Below are positions 19,786 through 30,115 of a DNA stretch of 64,000 nucleotides, piece by piece. Positions within the stretch are counted from its first letter, which is position 1. Every line of letters starts with the position of its first letter. The DNA lies in contig CALSTS010000003.1 of the NCBI GenBank assembly GCA_943789335.1, positions 158,774 to 222,773 on the forward strand, given 5' to 3'. Both the position numbers and the translations under genes were made by a program. The notes beneath the pieces are model-generated. The model made no database searches and was not told the DNA's origin. It saw only the letters and a program-made list of their open reading frames with translations. This stretch comes from an uncultured Pseudomonadales bacterium. GTDB taxonomy: Bacteria > Pseudomonadota > Gammaproteobacteria > Pseudomonadales > Pseudohongiellaceae.

Positions 19786-20837
19786 GTGCACCGCGACTAG
19801 AAATTGACCTCACCAAGATTCAGCACAATGCCGGTATTCTAGTAAAACGACTCAAAAAACGTGGTATCTCTGTTAGTGCTATCACCAAGTCAGTACTAGG
19901 CTCGCAAGAAGTGGCCAATTGTTTTATTCGTGCAGGAATAAAAAGCCTGGGTGATTCTCGTATCAGCAACATTGAAAAGATGCGACATGGACAAATCAAG
20001 GCGTCAATGAGCTTAATACGTTCACCTATGCTGAGTCAGGTAGATAAGGTTGTGGCCTACGCTGATATGAGCTTCAACACTGAACTCGCTGTCATCAGAA
20101 AACTATCTATTGCTGCTCAAAAAACGAGACACAGGCATGGAGTCGTTTTGATGGTAGAACTGGGAGATCTGCGCGAAGGCATCATGCCAGATGATATGGA
20201 GTCTGTCGTTCAAAGTACTCTTGGCTTACCGGGAATAATATTAAAAGGCATAGGCACCAACCTTGCCTGCCGTAGCGGTGTTTCTCCAGACAATATTAAT
20301 ATGTCAAAGCTATCTGATTTAGCAGATTCGCTGGAATCTAAATTTGGCGTAAAATTTGACATTGTTTCCGGGGGCAACTCAGCCAACCTTGATTGGGCAA
20401 TGGGTAGTACAGACCTCGGTAGAGTAAATAATCTTCGTCTGGGGGAATCAATTCTACTTGGCCTGGAAACATTAAATCGTCGTCCAATTGAAGGTCTTCA
20501 TACTGATGCCTTTAAGCTTGTCGTAGAAGTTATCGAGTCTAAGATCAAACCATCTCAACCCTGGGGTAAGATAGCCCAGAATGCTTTTGGCGAACAAATG
20601 CTGTTTAAGGACCAAGGTAATATTTCTCAGGCGATTCTGGCAATTGGCCGTCAAGATATCGACCCTAATGGCATCAGGCCTCCTGCTGGGATCAAAATTA
20701 TTGGCAGCAGCAGTGATCACCTTATCGTTCAGTCCGAAGCGAATGACCTCGCAGTAGGAACTGAAGTCGTTTTTCAGCCTAACTACAGTGCATTGATGCA
20801 TGCAATGACCTCTCCTTTTGTAAACAAGGTAATGTAG
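19782..20837 (+). CDS. Alanine/ornithine racemase-family PLP-dependent enzyme
   Basis: N-terminal TIM-barrel pattern with a candidate PLP lysine (SVSAITKSVLG). Length is about 350 aa. Overall resemblance to Orr-type racemases. Translationally coupled to the DUF1611 gene. Confidence 0.65.
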   Translation: MSAPRLEIDLTKIQHNAGILVKRLKKRGISVSAITKSVLGSQEVANCFIRAGIKSLGDSRISNIEKMRHGQIKASMSLIRSPMLSQVDKVVAYADMSFNTELAVIRKLSIAAQKTRHRHGVVLMVELGDLREGIMPDDMESVVQSTLGLPGIILKGIGTNLACRSGVSPDNINMSKLSDLADSLESKFGVKFDIVSGGNSANLDWAMGSTDLGRVNNLRLGESILLGLETLNRRPIEGLHTDAFKLVVEVIESKIKPSQPWGKIAQNAFGEQMLFKDQGNISQAILAIGRQDIDPNGIRPPAGIKIIGSSSDHLIVQSEANDLAVGTEVVFQPNYSALMHAMTSPFVNKVM

Positions 20838-21038
20838 CCGCGGATTTTAAATATAGGCTGGCATAAGATAACTGCACAAGCCTTTAATCCCTGCTTTTTT
20901 AGATAAAAATAACCTTTTGTTAAATAAGGATATATTAAGGAATATCGGGTTTTTCTTTTTTCAAAGCTACTCCAAGTCCTACAAGTCTTTATAATTCGCC
21001 AACTCATGCCATATAGTATATCTAAGAGAAACTAAAAA

Positions 21039-23271
21039 TTGCGCGCATTCAATATCCTCATCTCACTTTGTTTGTTGATTGTCCCATTTTTTTCAATGGC
21101 ACAAACTGAAACGCCTAGTGATTCAGGCATGCAGACATCAGACGTAAAAATCGCAGATGTCAGAAAAACCAATCTTGCACCTGTATTAGATGGCGTTCTG
21201 GACGACCCTATTTGGCAAGAAGCCAGGATGATTACAGATTTCCATCAGGTACAACCTGTTGATCATGGTGAACCCTCAGAGCCAAGTGTGTATTACATTG
21301 CCTATGACAATAATAATTTTTATATGGCTGCTAGGCTTTATGACAGCGACCCTTCGCAGATAAGAGCCAGGCAGTTAATTCAAGGTCAGAATGTCTTTGG
21401 AGACGACACGGCAGATATTTTGTTAGACACCTTCAACAACGACAGAACCGCATTTTATTTCCAGACTAATCCAAATGGCGTCCGTAGTGAAGGTGTCTGG
21501 GAAAGCGCTAGTAAATACAATAATGATTGGAGTGGTATCTGGGAAGTAGAGTCAAGAATTGATGAGCAGGGCTGGACCACAGAAATGATCATCCCTTTTA
21601 CCACCTTAAACTTTGATCCAAACACAGATGAATGGGGACTCAATCTAGGCCGCTCCATTGCTCGATATAACGAGAGAATTTATTGGTCATCCTTTAATCG
21701 CAGCACCAATCCTGCAACTGCAGGGCAGGTAGTCGGCATCAATGAAATTCAGCAGGGTTTAGGGCTGGATATAGTCCCTTCCTTAACCATTGCTCAAGCA
21801 GAAGATCATGCTGCTAACAGCACGAATGACCGAACAGATCCTTCATTAGATGTTTTTTATAAATTCACTCCCAATCTGACTGGCGTATTGACCTTAAATA
21901 CTGATTTTTCAGCCACTGAAGTGGACGACAGACAGGTAAATTTAACTCGATTCTCTTTGTTTTTCCCTGAAAAAAGAGACTTTTTCCTACAGGACTCCGA
22001 AATATTTAGTTTTGGTAATATTGGAGGATCTGGCGGGGGTAATGGCCCACCTGGTGCCAAGATTAATAACGGTATTCCTTTTTATTCAAGGCGTATCGGG
22101 CTGAATCCCGCTACCGGAGAGCCAGTTGATATAGATGTTGGCGGCAAATTGGCCGGTCGTGTTGGCAACCTCAGTTTAGGAGCTTTAGCTATACAGCAAG
22201 GTGATCGCGTCGGCCTGGATGGTCAGGATGTATTCGTCGGTCGTATTACATCTAATATACTTTCCGAATCAAAAATCGGAGCCATTTTTACCGATGGCAA
22301 TCCCAATAGTGTCACTGAGAACTCCCTGATGGGTGTCGATTTCACCTATCGCAACACTCAATTTTCCAATACTCATACACTCACCAGCGACCTGTGGTAT
22401 CAACAGTCTGATACAGAGAATATGGACGGTGATGATAAGGCTTATAACGCCAATATCAATTACTCAACACAAGGCACAGGCGCCAGTCTTGAACTTGATT
22501 ACAACTATGTCGGCGATGAATACAACCCGAGCCTTGGTTTCGCTAACAGAAGAGGGATAGAAAGAGCGGCATTTTCATCCAATTATCGTTATTTTCTGGA
22601 TTCGCACCCTTTTATTCGTAATCTGACATGGGTTCTTAGGGGAGATTACATAAGAGATTCTGAGACGGGAGAGATGCAAAGTCAGTTTGTGCAGTTTAAC
22701 CCAATTGCCTTTGATACTAATCGGGGAGATCTAGCTTTCCCTCATGGTGCAAAATGATAAAGAAGGTTTAACGCAACCTTTTGAAATTCAACCAGGGGTT
22801 ATCATCCCCGCTGGAGAATATTCCTTTAATTATGCTCAGATCATGATGAGATCTAGTAGAAATCGCACCCTTTCGCCCAACCTAACTTACCGTGAAGGTG
22901 CATTCTACGATGGTAAAAGTCAGGTCATCAATGCTGGTTTTGGTTGGAACCCCAATCGAAATCTATCTGTAGACCTTTCTTATAACTATACAGATGCATC
23001 CTTACCGGCAGGAGATTTTGTCACTCGTCTAATCCGACTAAATGCCAGGTACGCTTTTAATGTTGAATGGTCTTGGGTGAACTTATTGCAGTATGACAAC
23101 CGATCAGGCTCGTTAGGGCTTAACAGTCGCCTACGCTGGAACCCGCGCGCTGGAGAAAACCTTTATCTGGTGATCAACTACAACTTTGATTCCAGCATCG
23201 GAGCATTCAGGGAACTCAATCCGACAGATTCGGAAATAGTCGTTAAATATTCTCGGAATTTTAGGTTCTAA
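21039..23271 (+). pseudogene. CBM9-like / DUF5916 secreted or outer-membrane protein, split by a frameshift near 22735-22757
   Basis: ORF 21039-22757 has a signal peptide and PVLDGVLDDPIWQEA, typical of carbohydrate-binding family 9. ORF 22744-23271 is a beta-rich C-terminus ending in F. The two overlap in different frames next to an A4 run. TTG start. Confidence 0.7.
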
Positions 23272-23341
23272 GTTCATTAAAACGAGCTAACGATTGTAAG
23301 GATTTATTAAAAGACCTTAGACGCCATAAAGTACTTTTTTC

Positions 23342-24532
23342 TTAAAGTACCTTAGCAATAGACTCCGCCAGATAATCGATATTGCTGTTACTAATTCCCG
23401 CAACATTGATGCGGCTCGATTTAACCATATAGATACTATAGTCATCGCCTAATGTCTGAACCTGCTCAGGACTTAAACCCAGAAAAGAAAACATGCCTTT
23501 TTCTCTTTCAATGAAGGAGAAATCTTGATCTACACCGATCTCTTTAAATTTTGCAACCAACTGGCTACGTAAACCATTTATGCGCTCACGCATTTCTGTC
23601 AATTCCAGCAGCCATTCTTGTTTTAGTTCGGGTTCAGACAATACCATTTCGACCATTGCAGCCCCATGAGAAGGTGGCATCGAATAAATCTGTCTGGCAG
23701 TTGATAACAGCTGTGATGCTGAAGCGCTTATCTGGTCAGCTGATTCTCCAAGCATAATAACCGCACCGGTTCTTTCTCGATATAAACCAAAGTTTTTAGA
23801 GCAAGATGAAGCAATAATGACTTCAGGTAGTTTTTCTGTCAGTAAACGAACACCATAAACATCTTCTTCCAGACCATCACCTAAGCCCTGGTAAGCGAGA
23901 TCAACAAAGGGGGTAAACCCCTGTTTTTCAGCTGCTTCAGCAAAGGCCTGCCATTGCTCTTTACTTAAATCACCACCACAGGGGTTATGACAACAGCCAT
24001 GAACCAACACTAAATCACCAGCGGTCGCTTGTTTCAGCGTATCCATCATCTGATCAATATCAATTTCATGCTTGTCATAGTTGTAGTAAGGGTATTCAAC
24101 TAAATTTAAGCCCGCAGAACCAAGTAAAGGTATATGATTAGCCCAAGTTGGCGAGCTAATCCAGGTTCGAGTGTTCGGAAAATTAGCTGAGACAAATTCT
24201 GCAATTACACGTAAGGCGCCAGAGCCCCCAGGGGTCAATACACTGCAAGCCCTTTGATCATTTATAGCCGCACTATTTTCACCAAGGACCATACTGGCCA
24301 TATGACGATTAAAGCCTTCAGGTCCAGCCTGCGCGATATAAGATTTTGAATCTTCAGTTTCCCAAAGTTTTTGTTCTGCTTTTTTTATAGCAGAGATAAT
24401 AGGCGTATTGCCACTCTCGTTTTTATAAACCCCAGCGCCCAAATCGACTTTGTTTGGGTTGGTATCTTTTTTAAATGTTGCTGTAAGTCCCAAAATGGGA
24501 TCAGGAGGACGCCGTTCGATAGACTGAAACAT
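23342..24532 (-). CDS. aspC: Aspartate/aromatic amino acid aminotransferase (class I)
   Basis: MFQSIERRPPDPILGL..LGAGVYKNESGNTP..SKNFGLYRERTG is collinear with E. coli AspC/TyrB, including the PLP-Lys SKNFG. Confidence 0.9.
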   Translation of the reverse strand: MFQSIERRPPDPILGLTATFKKDTNPNKVDLGAGVYKNESGNTPIISAIKKAEQKLWETEDSKSYIAQAGPEGFNRHMASMVLGENSAAINDQRACSVLTPGGSGALRVIAEFVSANFPNTRTWISSPTWANHIPLLGSAGLNLVEYPYYNYDKHEIDIDQMMDTLKQATAGDLVLVHGCCHNPCGGDLSKEQWQAFAEAAEKQGFTPFVDLAYQGLGDGLEEDVYGVRLLTEKLPEVIIASSCSKNFGLYRERTGAVIMLGESADQISASASQLLSTARQIYSMPPSHGAAMVEMVLSEPELKQEWLLELTEMRERINGLRSQLVAKFKEIGVDQDFSFIEREKGMFSFLGLSPEQVQTLGDDYSIYMVKSSRINVAGISNSNIDYLAESIAKVL

Positions 24533-24665
24533 CTTTATATCCGCTAAATAATTATAAGAAAAAACGTTTGGAAGGAACGGGTTAAATTATATCAATAAGA
24601 AACAAAGACTGGAACTTACTTAGACTAAAACTGAAAAAATATTAGTTTGTTTGTATTACTTATGA

Positions 24666-25166
24666 TTATAGCTTTTCGTTCATGCGTTGAACTTTATTCT
24701 TCAGTGAGTCCTTATAAGTCGAAAGCTTATCAGCAACTTCACCATCAAAAGCACCGATGATTTCGGCGGCTAATATACCTGCATTCTTAGCACCATCAAG
24801 TGCTACGGTGGCTACTGGAATACCTGCCGGCATTTGTAAAATTGACAAGACCGAATCCCAACCATCAATGGAATTTGAAGATTTTATGGGAACGCCAATT
24901 ACCGGCAATGTTGTAACAGACGCCACCATGCCGGGTAAATGTGCTGCACCACCGGCACCAGCAATGATGACTACTAACCCTCTACCTCTTGCAGAAGCTG
25001 CATATTCCATCATGGCTTCTGGTGTGCGATGAGCAGACACCACAGACAATTCACTATCAATAGCAAATTCATTCAACATATCAGCAGCCTGCTGCATCAC
25101 ACTCAGGTCTGAACTGCTTCCCATAATAATGCCAACTTTTGGGCTGTTATTTGCCGGCTTACTCAT
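24666..25166 (-). CDS. purE: N5-carboxyaminoimidazole ribonucleotide mutase
   Basis: GSSSDL..VVSAHRTPE..AGGAAHLPGMVAS motifs. Confidence 0.95.
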   Translation of the reverse strand: MSKPANNSPKVGIIMGSSSDLSVMQQAADMLNEFAIDSELSVVSAHRTPEAMMEYAASARGRGLVVIIAGAGGAAHLPGMVASVTTLPVIGVPIKSSNSIDGWDSVLSILQMPAGIPVATVALDGAKNAGILAAEIIGAFDGEVADKLSTYKDSLKNKVQRMNEKL

Positions 25167-25180
25167 TGCGAGAATTCCTC

Positions 25181-26326
25181 TTAATTTTGGCTCACGGCCT
25201 TTATCGTTTGTTTAACTTGTGCAATCTTATTGATTAACTGCTCTTTGTCTTCATCGACTATAGTGATATGCCCCATTTTCCGATGAGGTCGAGTTTCCGC
25301 TTTTCCATAAAGAAACAAATTTGCTCCTGGAATATTTAACAACTCATTCAATCCTGAATAATATACAGGACCAGTATAGCCCTCTTCCCCCAGCAAATTC
25401 ACCATGGCAGAAGGTTTATTAATTGCCGTTGAACCTAGAGGCAAATTTAAAATTGCTCTTAATAATTGTTCGTATTGCGATGTAATGTTGGCGTTAATGG
25501 TTTGGTGTCCACTATTATGAGGCCTAGGTGCCGCTTCATTAACCAAAATCTCGCCATTTGGTGTGACAAACATTTCAACCGCGAGAATTCCGACCATATC
25601 GAGTTTTGTTATCAGATCACAGGCTATATCTTTGGCTTTATTTTGAATCTCATCAGAAAGAACACTAGGCGAAATTAAGTAATCAACCAAATTGTGTTCT
25701 GGATGAAAAATACACTCGACAATAGGAAATGCCGAAATCTCCCCACTGGCATTACGTCCGGCAATAACAGATATCTCACATTCGAGTTCTACCGCTTTTT
25801 CTAATAAGCCCGGGGCATCAAAGGCCTTATCTACATCAGCGAGACTTTTAAGGCTGACTACACCACCACCATCATAACCGCCGAACCCTATTTTATTAAA
25901 GGCTGGTAAAAAGTGTTCGTGTTGATAAATCTCATCGCGATTATTGATCAGCACAAACTCGGCAGTTGGAATAGCATGATCAAGATAAAACTGTTTCTGT
26001 TTACGTTTGTCTTGAATAATCTCTATAACATGAGGTTGTGGATAAACTGTTAAACCTTCTTTTTCAAGAAGAAACAGGGCAGCGACATTTACATTTTCAA
26101 TTTCTATCGTAAGCAAATCGACTTGCTTGCCAAAGTTATAAACCACATCAAAATCATCAAGCGCTCCTTGATGAAACTCATTGGCTATTCCCTGACATGG
26201 GGCGTTCGAGGAAGGATCCAGCACAGAACTATGTATATCAAAGTTGGAGCATGCTTGAATCAACATGCGGCCTAATTGCCCGCCGCCAAGAATGCCTAGC
26301 TTGAAGTCTTTATAGAATGCTTTCAT
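25181..26326 (-). CDS. purK: N5-carboxyaminoimidazole ribonucleotide synthase
   Basis: ATP-grasp protein with ILGGGQLGRM at the N-terminus, directly upstream of purE. Confidence 0.92.
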   Translation of the reverse strand: MKAFYKDFKLGILGGGQLGRMLIQACSNFDIHSSVLDPSSNAPCQGIANEFHQGALDDFDVVYNFGKQVDLLTIEIENVNVAALFLLEKEGLTVYPQPHVIEIIQDKRKQKQFYLDHAIPTAEFVLINNRDEIYQHEHFLPAFNKIGFGGYDGGGVVSLKSLADVDKAFDAPGLLEKAVELECEISVIAGRNASGEISAFPIVECIFHPEHNLVDYLISPSVLSDEIQNKAKDIACDLITKLDMVGILAVEMFVTPNGEILVNEAAPRPHNSGHQTINANITSQYEQLLRAILNLPLGSTAINKPSAMVNLLGEEGYTGPVYYSGLNELLNIPGANLFLYGKAETRPHRKMGHITIVDEDKEQLINKIAQVKQTIKAVSQN

Positions 26327-26420
26327 GTGCGCCTGAACAACCAGTTATCCACGAAAAGCGGCGCATCATAGCAAGAAAGATAAGGGAGTGCGAGGTTTTA
26401 CAGGCTATTGTAAAACCTAA

Positions 26421-27179
26421 TTAATAGCCATTTGCCTTGTTATATATATAAACAGCCAGCGCTTTAATTGTTGTGGCATCCAGCTCTTCAGCCCAAGCGG
26501 GGCAAACCCCCATTCGTCCATTAGCCAAAACATCATAAATCTCCGGACCGCTGGAGCCAAAAAGCCAAATATCATCGGTTAAATCCGGCCCTCCAAAGGG
26601 GGTATAGCCAGTACCATCTACATCATGACATTCCACACAAACAGGCCAATCTCCTGAAGCGGCCTCAACCGCAAAAGGGTTCACATCTTCACCACTTAAG
26701 GACAGTACATAATCAACCATATTGTTAAGTTTGTTTTCATCGTAACCTTGATTCCCATATGCCGGCATTTCTGAATAACGAGTGTCAGGACAGCCGCCAA
26801 ACATTTTAATTTCTTCTGCGCAGTCAGTATTTCTGACACCGTAAAGAATGGTTTGCATTATCTCCATGACAGATTCGACTGCGGTCATTTCAAAACCATC
26901 AATACCCCATATCCATTCGTAGTCAACCAAATTAGGCACGGCTCCAGAACCGGTAAGATCAGCGCCATGACAACTGGCACAGTTCTCAGTAATCGCAGTT
27001 TCTGCAATAGAATTCATGTAAGACAGCAGCTCAGGATTGGCTCTTATAGTTTCTGGAGAGGCGTTCAATAAGCTTTCTGCTAATGGATTTTGAGCCCAGG
27101 CGGGAAAAGTGAATACCCAAACCATCATTACTAGTATTTTTCTTAATAGAATCATTAACATAGGATGCTGTAAAATCAT
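26421..27179 (-). CDS. Secreted di-heme c-type cytochrome
   Basis: Signal peptide and two CxxCH motifs (CASCH, CVECH). Confidence 0.8.
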   Translation of the reverse strand: MILQHPMLMILLRKILVMMVWVFTFPAWAQNPLAESLLNASPETIRANPELLSYMNSIAETAITENCASCHGADLTGSGAVPNLVDYEWIWGIDGFEMTAVESVMEIMQTILYGVRNTDCAEEIKMFGGCPDTRYSEMPAYGNQGYDENKLNNMVDYVLSLSGEDVNPFAVEAASGDWPVCVECHDVDGTGYTPFGGPDLTDDIWLFGSSGPEIYDVLANGRMGVCPAWAEELDATTIKALAVYIYNKANGY

Positions 27180-27443
27180 TTTTTTCTACTTTTTGTTAGT
27201 AGCCTATTTAGACAAATTAGTCTTGAGTAGCAAATGTAGATGCTTTTAACTTAAGTTGGAAGCAGTTTAAAAAAACTGTTTGATAGACATCAAGCCCAAC
27301 TAGTTAGAAATCTAAACCAAAAGCGATTCACCTTGTTTAAATAAAAATATACCTAATTTAAATCAGGCTAGCGTCAATTAATGCTATGAATTATAGTGTT
27401 ACATCATAACAACCAACTAATCTGAAATGCAGGGGATAAAGCC

Positions 27444-28223
27444 ATGACTGACAACACTTCTACAAAGACCTACCTGGACTGGATAGCCATTGCTGTTTTA
27501 GCCCTTGGCCTGATTGTAGGGCTTATCATTTTAGCCGCTCCTGCTGGAACTTGGCTTGGTCTCTGGGTATTTGGAACTGGCTTCCAGATATTAATCACGC
27601 TTGATCCTTTTACTCACTGGATAGCTGCTGCATGTGCAATTGGTTTGCTTGCTGTAGTCATTTTGGCAGTTAAATCTAAGGCAGAAAATACCGCTAAACT
27701 ATGCACTTTTGCAGTTGTTGGCACTTTATCTGCCTTTCTTGCCTGGTATATCCCCAGTACTGTGCAAGCTCGCTTAGCCTACCCAGTTATTCATGACGTT
27801 TCTACCGATGTAGAGAATCCCCCTGTCTACGTTGCAAACGCTCTTCTTCGTGCTGAAGCTGTAAACCCAATGGAATATGGCATTGTTGAAGGTTTAAGCC
27901 TTGAAGAGCATGTACAGCAACAACGTGAGGCTTTTCCGGATCTCGTCCCTCAGCTTATCGATGCCGGCCCACAGGAAGTCTATGATCGTGCCTTGTCAGC
28001 ACTTAACACAATGGGACTGGAAATAACCGCAGCGGTTCCTGAAGAGGGCCGCATCGAAGCAGTAGCTTCAACTTTTTGGTTTCGTTTTAAAGACGATGTT
28101 GTCGTCCGCATTCAGGCAGAAGGTAATCAAACCCGCGTAGATGCGCGTTCACTTTCTCGCGTCGGACGTGGTGATCTAGGGGCTAATGGTTTGCGCTTAC
28201 AAGAATTCTTTAGCTTGTTATAG
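27444..28223 (+). CDS. DUF1499-family membrane protein
   Basis: N-terminal TM helices. The C-terminus ..VDARSLSRVGRGDLGANGLRLQEFF is typical of DUF1499. Confidence 0.65.
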   Translation: MTDNTSTKTYLDWIAIAVLALGLIVGLIILAAPAGTWLGLWVFGTGFQILITLDPFTHWIAAACAIGLLAVVILAVKSKAENTAKLCTFAVVGTLSAFLAWYIPSTVQARLAYPVIHDVSTDVENPPVYVANALLRAEAVNPMEYGIVEGLSLEEHVQQQREAFPDLVPQLIDAGPQEVYDRALSALNTMGLEITAAVPEEGRIEAVASTFWFRFKDDVVVRIQAEGNQTRVDARSLSRVGRGDLGANGLRLQEFFSLL

Positions 28224-28229
28224 GCAAGT

Positions 28230-29168
28230 CTAAAAGCTAAGCTTTACACCCTGCTCTATTAAATCTGAGGGAAACAGAATGATTGTTTCCCCTGCTTCCA
28301 ACAATCCCGTTACTTCAGCAAATTCCTGATTACGATTACCAATGGCCACCTGTTTTAAGATGGCCTTACCGTCTTCAGCCACGAAGGTATACCAGGCATT
28401 ATTGCGCTGGAAAATTGCACTGGTAGGAATTAATAAAACATCATCTTCTTGCCAAATAATGACACTGGCTTCAATTCGGTATTCAGCCCCAAGTATGGCA
28501 GGTGTATCGATAAAATTAGCGATAACATTAACCCGTTGTTCTTCAACACCTAAGGCGGAAAATTTTGTGAAGGCTTCTGGTTCGATATAACTAATTAAAG
28601 CCTCAAGTACATTATCCCCTCCCCAACCGGTAATCAGCATGCGGTCGCCCGTTTTTACTTTTACTGCATCCTGAGTCAACAAATCGACAACTATTTCCAG
28701 TTCATCTTCGTTACTGATCTCCAATAAGGGTGTTCCTGCAGCAAGCACCCTCTCATTTTCTTCAAACAATCGGTAAATAGTCCCATCCGCTTCTGGTGCC
28801 ATCGCGTCTGGAGCAATATCAGTAACCAGCGCTACGTTTTCGTTAGCTGTAAGACTAGGAATTAAATTGTAAAACTGAAAAACAAAGCCGACATGCATAC
28901 GGCGAAAATTTGTTAATTGCCGTTCAGAAACCTGTGAAAGATTTTCTTCTTTATAAAATAACTCGCCACTACTTGCTATATCTAATCCGCCCATAATATT
29001 GAGCAAGGTAGATTTACCACTACCCGAAGCCCCGAGGATAACTGCCAATTCACCTGCGTATAAATCTAATGAGACATTGTTAAGTGCATTAACAATCAAC
29101 TCTCCCATTTGATAAACCTTGCTAAGGCCTCTTACTTTTAGAATTGCCTGTTCATCAGTCGCATTCAT
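28230..29168 (-). pseudogene. Chimeric ORF: N-terminal ~115 aa of a MacB/LolD-type ABC ATPase fused in frame to the C-terminal ~190 aa of an HlyD/MFP periplasmic adaptor
   Basis: The N-terminus has Walker [13 protein letters not shown] and the Q-loop region ([20 protein letters not shown]), but no ABC signature or Walker B. From about aa 120 ([41 protein letters not shown]) it reads as the beta-barrel and membrane-proximal part of an efflux adaptor. The junction is around 28795-28825. Confidence 0.7.
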
Positions 29169-29283
29169 TACATGCCTTTGAAAATTAAACTCTTAGCTTC
29201 ATTATTTACATTCTATGAGTTTTATAAAGATTTATTTTGTTCAAAATCAATAAATTTAATTTTTCTGAATATAACAGGCTAGC

Positions 29284-29754
29284 TTAAGATCGGTGGTAAG
29301 GGTGATTATTTAAGATAGACCATACACGGTATACCTGTTCGACTAAGACTACTCGCACAATGGGGTGGGGGAAAGTCAGGGCTGATAATGACCAACGAGC
29401 ATCTGCAGCCTCTAGACATTCGTTCGTTATGCCATCCGGCCCGCCAATAAGTAAGGAAATATTTCGACCATCCTCTCTAACTTTATTAAATTTTTCGGCT
29501 AGTTTTTCGGTACTTAAACTCTGTCCTTTAACATCTAAAGCAACAATAAAATCGTTTTTACCGCAGGCTTCCTTGAGTGCTTTAGCTTCTTTTTCCATTG
29601 CTGCAGCAACTGGAGAATTTTTACTTCGATTGGCTAGAGGTATTTCAGTTATTGATAGACTGAAATCTGAGGGCAAGCGTTTTTGATATTCGGCGACACC
29701 TGATTCAACCCAGTTTGGCATCTTATTGCCAACTGCAATAAGCCGAATTTTCAT
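29284..29754 (-). CDS. rlmH: 23S rRNA (pseudouridine1915-N3)-methyltransferase
   Basis: MKIRLIAVGNKMPNWV..LLIGGPDG..SLSALTFPHP.VRV..EQVYRVWSI..NHPYHR is collinear with E. coli RlmH. Confidence 0.95.
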   Translation of the reverse strand: MKIRLIAVGNKMPNWVESGVAEYQKRLPSDFSLSITEIPLANRSKNSPVAAAMEKEAKALKEACGKNDFIVALDVKGQSLSTEKLAEKFNKVREDGRNISLLIGGPDGITNECLEAADARWSLSALTFPHPIVRVVLVEQVYRVWSILNNHPYHRS

Positions 29755-29757
29755 TTT

Positions 29758-30105
29758 TTATTCTTCATTTTCTGTACGTTCTGCCGTAATACTCCAAAGC
29801 GACTCAAGATCATAAAGCTTCCGGGCAGAAGCCAGCATGGCATGCACGATGATATCCCCAAGATCGACCAATACCCATTCCGATTGATTCTGCCCTTCCA
29901 TGCTGTAAACCTTCGCGCCACTCTGTTTTACCTTTTTGCTGAGCTCGTCCGTCAAAGATTTTAAATGGCGATTGGAAGTACCTGTGACGACTAACATGTA
30001 ATCACAAACTGAAGTGAGACCTTTAACATCAAGACAAACAATATCCTGACCTTTTAAATCTTCCAGGCTTTTATATGCTAGTGCTTTTAATTCATCTGCC
30101 TTCAA
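29758..30105 (-). CDS. rsfS: Ribosomal silencing factor RsfS
   Basis: DIVCLDVKGLTSVCDYMLVVTGTSNRHLKSL motif. nadD-rsfS-rlmH synteny. Confidence 0.92.
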   Translation of the reverse strand: MKADELKALAYKSLEDLKGQDIVCLDVKGLTSVCDYMLVVTGTSNRHLKSLTDELSKKVKQSGAKVYSMEGQNQSEWVLVDLGDIIVHAMLASARKLYDLESLWSITAERTENEE

Positions 30106-30115
30106 TCGCTTATCC

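Noticed and set aside
20783-21007. 74-aa minus-strand ORF in the racemase/DUF5916 intergenic region.
   Set aside because: Basic, low-complexity, with no RBS or motif. It overlaps the 3' end of the racemase gene on the opposite strand.
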